A stretch of 64,000 bases of DNA, from contig NC_042999.1 in the NCBI RefSeq assembly GCF_006345805.1, positions 39,370,001 to 39,434,000 of the forward strand, given 5' to 3'. The DNA comes from Octopus sinensis. Its lineage: Eukaryota. Shown here piece by piece: positions 1 to 11,000 of this stretch (position 1 is its first letter; every line of letters begins with the position of its first letter). The translations under genes were made by a program, and so were the position numbers. Below the pieces are notes generated by a model. That model had not been told where the DNA came from. It worked only from the letters and a program-made list of their open reading frames with translations, and ran no database searches.

Positions 1-3000
1 CATTTCTATCTTACACGCATACTTCACAGCAATGCTCTACCCACAAAATGAAAATACAACAACACATACATATAAAATATGGAAGGAAAATAATAGAGAT
101 ATAGACTTGGATACAGCAATGAACCCTAATAAATTAGCTAACGTACGAAGATACATTCTCAATGCCAAAAAAATATCAGAAATAGAAATAGAACATTTAA
201 AAGAAAAAATACACCAGGAAAATGTAGATAGAAGCCACACAACAATGCCCAATAATATAAACACTGAAACTGTAAAACACGAAGACAAACGCAACATTCC
301 CAACAAACACGATGTAAACAACGAAGGGGAGCCTAATGATTATGATAATATAAAAAATAAAATAATCAAAGAACTAAAAACCACAGAGCTCAAAATGGAC
401 CACCGGCCATACCTCCCAAGAATAAAAATAAACGCAATAACAACACCAATTATAAACAACATAAACATAGCCGTCACTGAACTAGCCACTGAAACAAAAA
501 AAAGTGATATCACTGAACTAAATGACTTGATATGCGCAGCAGCCACTGCAGCCACAAAAGAAGCTGGATACTCACCCAAACCCGCCCAAACAGGAGTACC
601 ACCACCCAAACAAACCCTGTGGATAAATAACATCCAAAATAAAATTAAAAAAATTAGAAAAGACCTGTCGATTCTTAATGAAATCAGCAAACAAGCAACG
701 CTACTGAGCAACAAAAAGAGAACAAACATGCTCCGCAAATATAACATCACAGAAAAAGATTTGCCGGAGATAAAAGAAAAGCTGAAGCAAGATATCCTTG
801 CCAAAGCTCAAAGGATCCGCCGGTACGAGAAACGCCAACGCTTCTTTGAACAGAACAAAAAGTTCAACTCCGACCCCAAAAAGTTCTACCAAGAACTGGG
901 CAAAAATAAAATAGAAGTCACTGCAGCACCAACGGCAGAAGAATTGTAAGAATTCTGGAAAGAAATATGGTCGGCGAACGAACAGCCAAAAAAAAGGAGT
1001 ATGAAAATAACAAACTCGGCATCTGAACAACTTTGGACCCCCATAACAACTGAAGAGGTCACCCAGGCACTGCAAAAACTAAGCAACTGGAAGGCACCTG
1101 GGCATGACAAGATCCCCAACGTCTGGTTGAAATATCTAACAGGAATGCACAAAAAGCTGGCTGAAAACTTTAACAGCATACTAGCAGAGCCAGAGACAAT
1201 GCCTGAATGGCTCACGAAGGGGAAAACCATCTTAATTCCCAAATCAAATGAAACAACAAAACCAGAAAACTACAGACCAATAACCTGCCTCCCTACTATG
1301 TTCAAGGCATTTACTGCAGTGATATCGCAAAGGCTGAACAAGCACCTGGACGAAAACAAACTGTTCCCAGAAGAGCAGAAAGGATGCCGCAAAGGCTCAT
1401 ATGGCTGTAAAGATCAACTAATGATTAATAAAGCCATAACTGAAGACAGCCACAGAAAGAAGAAAGGCCTCAGTATGGCCTGGATTGACTACAAAAAGGC
1501 GTTTGATAGCATCCCCCACACATGGATCCTCGAAACACTAGCCATTAACAAAGTAGCACCAACAATCATAAAATTCATAGAGCACTCTATGAATAAATGG
1601 CAAACAGCCCTACACCTCCAAACAAAAGAGGGACTCATGAAAACCAAAGACATCCCCATTAGAAGAGGAATATTCCAGGGAGACACGCTCTCTCCACTCC
1701 TTTTCTGCTATCTGATATGCTAAATAGAACTGGATGCCGATATAAATGTTACGGCAAAACGATCAGCCACCTTTTATATATGGATGACCTAAAACTATAC
1801 GCTGCAAATGACAAACAGCTGGAAACACTATTAAAGACAGTTCATGGATTTACCAAAGAAATAGATATGACATTTGGATTAGAAAAATGCGCCAAAGTAA
1901 CCATGAAAAGAGGAAAACTAGTTAAGAGTAACAACATCACACTAGATAAAACCAATGAAATAAAAGAATTAGACCAAAGCCAAACTTACAAATACTTAGG
2001 AATCCATGAACTAGATAAGACACAACACACACAAATGAAAGAGAAAATAAAAAAGGAATATTATAGACGAGTTACATCAATACTAAAAACAGAGCTCACT
2101 GCTAAAAACAAGATAATAGGTATCAACACTTTAGCTGTCCCAGTTATAAGTTACAGCTACAATATCCTTAACTGGACACGAAATGAACTGTCCAAAATAG
2201 ATAGGAAAACAAGAAAAATACTGACAGGATCTAGGATGCATCACCCAAAATCTGACATAGAAAGACTATATGTACAACGTATAGAAGGTGGTAGAGGCCT
2301 TATACAGCTGGAAAACTACCATAAAATAACCACCATAGGACTGCAAAAATACCTACTCCAGAAGGAAGGAAAACTGATCCAGATAGCAGCAAAACACGAG
2401 CAAAACAAAAAACTGTTCTCAGTATTTAAGGAAGCTGACAAATACAAACAAGAAATCATACCACCTAATAAACACAAAGAAGAAGAAGAAGATGATGACG
2501 AAACAACAAAAGCTATAAAACAAATGAAATCCAAACTAAAAATAGAACAGCAACGAGCCATGATAAAACGATGGCAAGAAAAACCCCTTCATGGTAAATA
2601 CTGCACTAAACGCAAAAGAAATAGACAAAGAAAAATCCCAGCAATGGTTGAGAAGCTCAGGACTCAAAGCAGAAACAGAGGGATTTTTAATTGCAGCACA
2701 AGACCAAAGCCTCCCCACCAGAAATTACCAAAAACATGTAATGAAAAGAAATATTACAAGTAACTGCAGAATATGTGGAGATGGACAAGAAACAATAAAT
2801 CATATTACCTCTAGCTGCCCAGTCCTGGCTAAGAAGGAATATATTCACAGACATGACAGAGTTGGAACCTACATACATTGGAAGCTATGCCAACATTATG
2901 GAATAACAACAGAAAAAAGATGGTATAGGCACACACCAGAAAAGGTCACAGAAAACGAGAAAGCAACCATACTCTGGGATATGCCGATACATACAGATAG

Positions 3001-3432
3001 AGAAATTAAGGCCAACAGACCAGATATAGTTGTCAGAGATCATGAAGAAAAAAAATGCTTTCTAATTGATGTATCAATACCGGCAGATGACAACGTGTCT
3101 CTAAAAGAAATGGAGAAACTCTCAAAATACAAAGACCTGGAAATAGAGGTAACTAGAATGTGGAACCTGAAAACAGAAACAATTCCTATCATAGTAGGTG
3201 CATTAGGCATGATAAAAAAATATTCAGACAAATACATAACAAAAACACCAGGACTTACAAACACATATAACATACAGAAAATTGCACTACTAGGCACTGC
3301 ACACATCCTACGCAGAACACTTTCCATACAATAACCATCAGAGCATCACAACAAATCACAGCACATACCCAAGGCACACAGAGCTGCGCTCGGTAGTGAA
3401 GTGAAAGCACGCTATAAAAATAAAACTACTGG

Positions 3433-3433
<1 letters not shown>
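1..3433 (+). mobile_element. R4/Dong-clade non-LTR retrotransposon (RT + CCHC + restriction-like endonuclease), 5' end probably outside the window
   Basis: Four consecutive ORF pieces give RT motifs (WIDYKKAFDSIPHTWI, GIFQGDTLSPLLFC, HLLYMDDLKLY), a CCHC knuckle (CRICGDGQETINHITSSC) and an RLE (NRPDIVVRD...LIDVSIP...EKLSKY). A short 3' UTR (3335-3433) is followed directly by (TAA)n. Confidence 0.92.
32..3334 (+). pseudogene. Disrupted RT-RLE polyprotein of the R4/Dong-like LINE
   Basis: ORFs 32-949 and 1001-1723 are in frame, separated by an in-frame TAA at 947-949. Frameshifts near 1705-1717 and near 2600 link to ORFs 1717-2763 and 2591-3334. Confidence 0.9.

Positions 3434-3511
<78 letters not shown>
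3434..3511 (+). repeat. (TAA)n tail/target array of the R4/Dong-like LINE
   Basis: Pure TAA run immediately after the 3' UTR. Confidence 0.95.
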
Positions 3512-3512
<1 letters not shown>

Positions 3513-3929
3513 GATCTTGAAATAGAAATCAGCAAAATGTGGAACCTGAAGACTAAAACAATACCTGTTGTCATAGGTGCCCTGGGAATGATAGCAAAAG
3601 GGGCTGATAGCTACCTAACTCAGATACCAGGAAACCCAAAAATGGCAGAAATTCAAAAGATAGTGCTCATGGGAACTGCTCATATCCTACGCAAAATACT
3701 TTCTAGGTAATCTCAAGGTTTAAAACAAACATAATTTTCGGTTTAAAAAAAATTTTTTTTTAGACATTCATTAGTACAACACCAAAAATATATGGCACTC
3801 TAGGCATAACAACAGCATGAACTTCCAACCTGTTGTCTTTTGAGGTCTCTGGGTGAGACTTGGAGAGCCAACTTGTACAAATATAAAGCAAAACTCAAAC
3901 ATAGAATAATAATAATAATAATAATAATA
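3510..3929 (+). mobile_element. 5'-truncated 3' end of a second R4/Dong-like family, with (TAA)n tail
   Basis: Reads KDLEIEISKMWNLKTKTIPVVIGALGMIAKGADSYLTQIPGNPKMAEIQKIVLMGTAHILRKILSR* (stop 3708-3710), homologous to the C-terminus of the first element but with a different 3' UTR. Ends in (TAA)n at ~3905-3929. Confidence 0.88.
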
Positions 3930-6204
3930 CAGCATAGAACGAAATGAAAAGGGCACTAAGTTCTTGAAGGACAACAACATCTTCAAGAATACCCAAAATA
4001 TTTTAACAGGAAGATAGGGAAAATACCAGTTAAAGGGAAGTCTATCCCGTCATTGTAGGAAGTGCAGGAATTTTGGAATAAATTTTGCGCAGAAGAAAAA
4101 CACACAATAAAAATTGGATTGATAGAATATCTAACGACTTAGACTGCTTAGAAGAGCAAAATTTGAAGGGCATCAAGGTAAAGGGTGTAAGATGTGCTCT
4201 TAGAGAATGAAACAAATCTAAATGTCCAGGAAAGGATAATATTCTTAACTTCTGTTTGAATGTTTTCCCAAAAAGTAATAAACTGCAACTAAATCTTTAC
4301 AACAATATTTTGCAGCAAACTAGTATGATTCCCTTGGCTACTTCCGAAAAATTAAGAAACAAATAAAACACAAAATTATCGACCCACAACCGGCATAACA
4401 ACAATGTGTAAAATACTAACATCTACCTTCACTGAATACACTTATAGTTCTTTTTTTTTAACACGGAGTGGCATCTTCGCTAAGGAGCAAAAAGGGTGTA
4501 AACTTGGGTCCTATGGTTGTAATGATCAGCTACACATCAATAAGCTCTTGGAAGATTGTCATAAACAACACAAGCATTTGCCGATAACCTAAATAGACTT
4601 TGGAAAGCTTTTGTTAGCCTACCACATAGCTGGATCAAGGTATGTTTAGAAATTTAGGAAATAGTACATACTCTTATTAGAAAGTATGCGATCATTGAAA
4701 ATCAGACTGATTTTCAGCAGTGACCATGAATCTTCCAACATTGGAGATCTAAGATTTATCTTTTGCCTAGCCTTAATACCTCTTTCAAAATTTCTCGATG
4801 ATATAAAATATGGCTATAACATTTTTGACAAGAATATAAATCATCTCTTTTGCATGTATTTGCACAAAATGACCAATAAATACGGGGCTTACTAGGAATT
4901 ATTGAACAATTCAAAGATGACTTGAGGATGGAGTTTTGCCTCGATAAATGTGCAAAAGCTAGCGTTATCACAGGAAAAATTATAGAAACACCAACCGTTA
5001 ATCTTGACGAATGGAATGGCATAAAGGAGTTAGAACAAGCGGTCAGCTACAGATAGCTAGAGGTGTTTGAAGATGTTGGAATCAAATACCCAATGGTGAT
5101 AGAAAAAAGCGGAAAAGAAATGTTATCGCAGGGTAAGAGTATTGCTCAAGACAGATACGAACACAACAAAGAGGGTCGAAGCGATCAATATTTAGCTATA
5201 CAGGTTGTGATTTACGGTTTCAATATTATTAACTGGTCATTTACTGAAATCTATAGTCTTAATAGAAAAATAGGAAAATTATTGATAATGCATAGAATGC
5301 ACCACTCTAGGGCACATATATATTTCTTTACTACCCACAAGAAGCTAAACACAGAGGGGACAAACAAGGACCGACAAACGGATTAAGTCGATTACATCGA
5401 CCCCAGTGCGTAACTGGTACTTAATTTATTGACCCGGAAAGGATGAAAGGCAAAGTCGACCTCGGCGGAATTTGAACTCGGAACGTAACGACAGATGAAA
5501 TACGGCTACGCATTTCGCCCGCGCTCTAACGATTCTGCCAGCTCACCGCCTATATATAGGGCGACTTCAGCTGGACCTCTACAATTGGAATTAAAAACTG
5601 GCCGTGGTCGTTTTCAACTGGAATTAGCAATGAATATTGCAATGATTGGTCTAAACACTGAAAAACTGATGACTGGGTGTTAAAACTTATCTTAAATCAT
5701 GATATCAAGAACACATCATACTCAGTAACAAAACTGGCGAAGAAATATCTCAGTGAATTCCAAACACAGTATATCCCAGAATTAGACGTACTGGAAACAA
5801 GCTGAGAAAAGCTAAGGGTATGAAATAGAAATCAGCAAAGTGTGGAACCTGGAGACTAAAACAATACCTGTTGTCATAGGTGCCCTGGAAATAATAGCGA
5901 AAGGGGCTGATTGCTACCTAACTCAGATACCAGGAAACACAAAAATGGCAGAAATTCAAAAGATAGTGCTCATGGGAACTGCTCATATCCTACGCAAAAT
6001 ACTTTCTTTGTAATCTCAAGTTTTAAAACAAAAACATAATTTTCGTATGTTTTTTTTAGGCATTCACTAGTACAACACTAAGTACAAAACCAAATATATG
6101 GCACCCTAGTCATAACACCAACATGAACTTCCAGCTTGTTGTCTCTTGAGGGCTCTGGGTGAGAATTGGAGCCAGCTTGTGCAAATGTAAAGCAAAAGTC
6201 AAAC

Positions 6205-6262
<58 letters not shown>
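3930..6262 (+). mobile_element. Heavily decayed, internally deleted R4/Dong-like LINE with SINE insertion; 3' end and (TAA)n preserved
   Basis: Remnant peptides MCKILTS, FAKEQKGCKLGSYGCNDQLHINKLLEDCHK, FCLALIPLSKFLD, GRGRFQLELAM. The 3' coding end 5821-6013 and UTR closely match 3511-3901, followed by (TAA)n at ~6207-6262. Confidence 0.8.
5341..5550 (-). mobile_element. tRNA-derived SINE (family A, Deu/Nin-like central domain)
   Basis: Minus strand GGCGGTGAGCTGGCAGAATCGTTAG...GAGTTCAAATTCCGCCGAGGTCGACTTTGCCTTTCATCCTTTC: A/B-box-like head; related copies elsewhere in the window. Domain name from memory. Confidence 0.75.
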
Positions 6263-6460
6263 TACAACAACGACCTTGACTACGACGGCGACGACGATAA
6301 AGTCATCGTCGAAGACGATATATCAGTGCTCAGCTTCTACCCATGAACTGCACAAATGATTAGTTTATAGTGAGCTTATGTGCCTCCCTGTCTCAGATGG
6401 ATGGTGCATGTGCAGATGCACGATTTGTGATGTTGCCAAGTTCGAATAATGATACTGGCT

Positions 6461-6662
6461 TTAAACTTTGGCCCAAGGTCTGCAAGTCCTGGAGTATGGG
6501 TGAATCATTTTCATCCACTCCATTGATCAAATATTACTTATTATATCGAAAGAATGAAAGGCAAAGTCGGCTCTAGTGGAATTCAGCCTCAGAACGTAAA
6601 GACGAACGAAATGCTGCTAAGACTTTTGCCCGGCGTACTAACGATTCTGACAGTTCACCGAC
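6461..6662 (-). mobile_element. Diverged SINE family A copy
   Basis: Contains GAATGAAAGGCAAAGTCGGC...AGAACGTAAAGACG...CTAACGATTCTGACAGTTCACCG, homologous to 5341-5550. Confidence 0.7.
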
Positions 6663-6880
6663 TTAATCTTACATATAATACAATACAATATGTGTTCTGC
6701 GCCCATGCTGTTACAGGAAGATTAAAATAACAAATGGGGTTACAGTGAGTGACAATATGTGACACCACACGCAAGCGGACAGTAGTAAAAAGTTTTGTTC
6801 TAAATTCAGTAGTATATTATTTAAACTAAACTCCAAATTCTTATCGTGAATTTTATTATCGTATTATCAATTCCCCGCCA

Positions 6881-6924
<44 letters not shown>

Positions 6925-7956
6925 CATCTCTCTATATATAAACGGCAGTTTGTCTGTGCGTGCTTCTGTGTGTCTGTTTTCTCGTACCCTCACCCTGACC
7001 ACGGCTTTCAACCGATTCTGATGAAACTTGACACACACATAGCCCAATGTCATAATTCAAAACTAACGAAGCGAAAATTTTGAAAAGTTCCCCCAGTTCT
7101 GAAAAAAATTGATAAATTCGACATGGGGTCGAGAATCATAAACATGAACCACAGACTGTCTAGGGGACGCAACTCGAGAATCTAAGCTTTTTTTATGCAA
7201 CGCATTATCTATGGTAGTTTTCACAACTTGCAATCGATTTTCACCAAACTCATGGTGAAGCTTAATGTTACCCTAAGAAACTCAATTCTGACGTTAGTTT
7301 TCCATGCAATACCTTACCATCAGAAACAATCGATAAAATCATGCCATTTTGGGAAATCGCGTTCAAATTCAAGATGACATATTTTCGACAATATCTTTCA
7401 CAAATTGGCAGGAATCTTCTTTTTTTTCACAACGAGCTTCATGTCTGCTCCAAGGAGCTATATAGCCCTTTTTATTCCAATAGGATACATTATTGGAAAA
7501 AATCGGTTAATTTAATCATATGTGGCACACATAGCAAACAAATTTGTGTATTAAACACAAACCAGACTGTCTAGGGGACGCAACTTGACCTTTTTAGCTA
7601 TCGATAATTCGATCCAACCAATTCCTACCAGGAAGAAATTACATTCGAGACTTTACCCCCAACACCGCCACTTCTGCTAATAGCTGCTGCAGCCGCAAGT
7701 TATTCGAATACTTTTTGGGTTTAAACTTTCTTTATAACTACCACCCCAAACGTTTTACCTTCAATTTTTGACGTACCCTAACGGTCCTCGGACGCTACTT
7801 GCAAACTCTTGGTTTATTATAAACCACTTTTGTCGTGTGCATCAAAAAACTTTTCCTTTCATTTGTTCAGTTTGATCACTTTTGACTTTTTCGTTGTTGT
7901 CACTCACATTGCTGCCAGCTTTTTGGCCGTTTTTGTACATTTTTATACATTTTCGG

Positions 7957-8078
7957 ATACTTACCCCACGAGCTCCTTTTTATTACACCTTTACCAAACA
8001 CATTGCTATCCACCAAAATACTTACCCCACGTGTTCCTTTTTATTACACCTTTGCCAAACACATTGCTATCCACCAAA
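7957..8078 (+). repeat. 61-bp tandem duplication ending exactly at the RepHel start codon
   Basis: Units 7957-8017 and 8018-8078 (ATACTTACCCCACG...ACATTGCTATCCACCAAA); also present in copy 2. Confidence 0.9.
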
Positions 8079-11000
8079 ATGTCACCCAAGAAGAGAAGGA
8101 CCCTCCTCAGCCCTCGGACGGCCAAGGCATCGGCTGCTAGGGCTAGAAGGGCACGCGAGACCCACGTGGAAACCGCCTTGCGCCTCTCGCAAACAGCTTC
8201 CCGTTATGCCGCTGCTCAGGCATCTGAAACTACTAGCGACCGTTCTACCCGACTTGCAAGGGTCGCAGCGTACAGATCTTCCCTTCGCTCGAGGTTGACG
8301 AAAGAGCAACAGTCCAGCCAAAACATGCGGGCTTCTTACTGTGCTTCCATCCGCAGAGCTCGCGAGAACCCCGAACAAAGGGCCATTCGGAATGCGGCTA
8401 ACGCCACTAGCACTGCCAGGACACGATCTGTCGAAACCTCACAGCAGAGGAGAACTCGCCAAGCTGCTAACGCCGCAAACACAGCCAGCGCTTGATCTGC
8501 CGAAACTCCACACCAACGGACTATTCGGACATCCAGACATGCCATTAACACTGCTTCTGCTAGGGCTTCAGAGGGTGCTGAGGCGAGAGCTGAAAGGCTT
8601 TCAAGGGATGCCACTGCTACCGCTGTCGCACGTGCATCTGAATCTGCCGAGGCACGGTGCACTCGACTTGAGAGTATCAACAAACGTCGGGATATCATTC
8701 GTGGTGTACGTACCCCTGCCCCCGCTTTCTGGTTGTCACTAGCATTCAACTACGACCCCACAATTAACTTCTCCTTGCGTGACGACATCAAGATAGGGTC
8801 AATGACAATTGTATGCCAGTTTTTCAAAGCCAAGAAATGGCCCGGAGAGCCACCTGGTTTGTGCTGCTCTGGTGGCAAAGTGGACCTGCCACCCCTACGG
8901 GAACCACCTCAACCACTGAAGGATCTCGCGGTGGGTTTAACCCCCGATTCGTCACAATTCCTTGAAATAATTCGAAAGTACAACTGCTCATTCCAAATGA
9001 CCTCTTTCGGGGCCAAAATTCCTCCCAGAGAAGGCTGGATGCCTACTTTCAAAGTGCAGGGACAGGTCTACCATCTTATTGGGTCACTTCTGCCAGACGA
9101 GATTCAGCAGTCTTCTTTCCTCCAAATATACTTCATTGCCGACTACAACCACCAGGTTGATGCACGCCTTGGAATAATACCGGGTACAAGCTATGTTCCC
9201 CGCAAAGACATTCTTCTCCGTCTCCAAACCATGCTTCATGATATCAACAGCTACGTCTGCAGCTTCAGATATGCCTTGGACAGTGCTCCTTCTCCAAACT
9301 TCACCGTTGTCATTGATGCTGATAAACGACCCCACGGGGAGCACGAACGCCGTTTCAACGCACCTGCGTGCAACGAAATTGCCGCAGTTATACACGGAGA
9401 GCAACACAACAGCCGTGACATAATCATCTCCTCCCGTGGTAACAACCTACACAGGATCAGCGAGACTCACAGATCTTATGACGCGCTTCAGTATCCATTG
9501 CTTTTCCCTTATGGGGAAGACGGCTACCACTTCGGAATTCCTTTACGGCAGCCCTCCAATCAAACTACTGCGGCATCAAAGACGGTTTCCGGCAGGGCGT
9601 TCTACTCATACCGGTTCATGGTCAGGGAGGGTGAGTTCAACTTATTGCCCCGTTGTCGTCAGCTATTCAACCAGTTCGCCGTCGACATGGCCGCAAAAAT
9701 GGAATCGGAAAGGCTGCTATACATTAAACTTAATCAGACCAAACTTCGCTCCGACTCCTACATTCATCTCCGTGACGGTTTGCAACAAGAAAATGACCCT
9801 CGCAACATCGGCAAGCCATGCATTCTACCCTCCACCTTCACGGGAGGACCGCGATATATGCGTGAAAGTACCCAAGACGCCTTGACCTACGTGCGCATTT
9901 ACGGCCGGCCGGACCTCTTTATCACCTACACGTGCAATCCCAGCTGCGACGAAATCACTCGCGAAATCCTCCCGGGTCGATCTCACACCCATCGACACGA
10001 CATCGTTGCTAGGGTTTTCCGTCTGAATTTGGGCAAAATGAAGGATTTGATAGTTAAGGGTCAGATTTTCGGGCATGTCAGGTGCCACATGTTTTCGGTC
10101 GAGTGGCAAAAGAGGGGCTTTCCACATGCTCACATATTAATTTGGCTCACTCATAAAATCGAGACTAATGACATTGACAAATTCATTTCCGCCGAGATTC
10201 CTGACCCCGATGAACACCCGGACTCTACGAAATTGTCCGCACTACCATGGTACACGGGCCCTGTGGACCAAATTACGCCAACACACCATGCTACAAAAAC
10301 GGATTAGCCTGCTCAAAGGGATTCCCTAAACGGTTCACTTTGGAGACTCAAACAGGCGGCGATGGGTATCCGCTGTACAAACGAAGGAGTCCAGCCAATG
10401 GAGGCCGCACGATTACGGTTGGGCGACATCAAGTGGACAACAGCTACATTGTCCCCTACTGTCCTCTCCTGTCGAAGATATTCAAAGCCCACGTCAACGT
10501 TGAGTTCTGCAGCTCCATCAGGTCAATACAATATGTCTGCAAATATATCAACAAAGGCAGCGATGCTGCCATGTTCAGCATCCAGAGGACCACCAGTCGC
10601 GACGAAGTGTCCAACTACTTGGCTGGCCGGTACCTCAGCAGCAACGAAGCGTTTTGGCGCATTTACGGCTTCCCGCTCCATCAGAGACACCCGGCTGTGG
10701 TGCAGCTTGCTGTACACTTGGAAAATGGACAGCGGATTTACTTCACAGAGCAAAGTGCTGTGCAGATAGCCACCAGCCCTAAAGACACAACGTTGACTGG
10801 TTTCTTCAAATTATGCCAACGTGATGACTTCGCTCGAACGCTTTTGTACCCACAGGTCCCATCGTACTTCGTGTGGTCTAAAAACACCTGGGTTCGACGG
10901 AAATCCGGCAAAAACGTCGAAAGCTTCCCTGGCGTCAAGTTTGACTCCTGCCTGGGTCGAGTTTACAACATCCCGCCAAACCAGCAAGAATGCTTCTACC

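Noticed and set aside
37-3327. Minus-strand hydrophobic ORFs opposite the R4/Dong ORF
   Set aside because: The sense strand is very A-rich, so the antisense is stop-poor and F/L/I-rich; not genuine membrane proteins.
3434-6262. CRISPR-like array (repeated 3' ends separated by other sequence)
   Set aside because: Eukaryotic context; the repeats are LINE 3' ends with TAA tails, with no regular repeat-spacer period and no cas genes.
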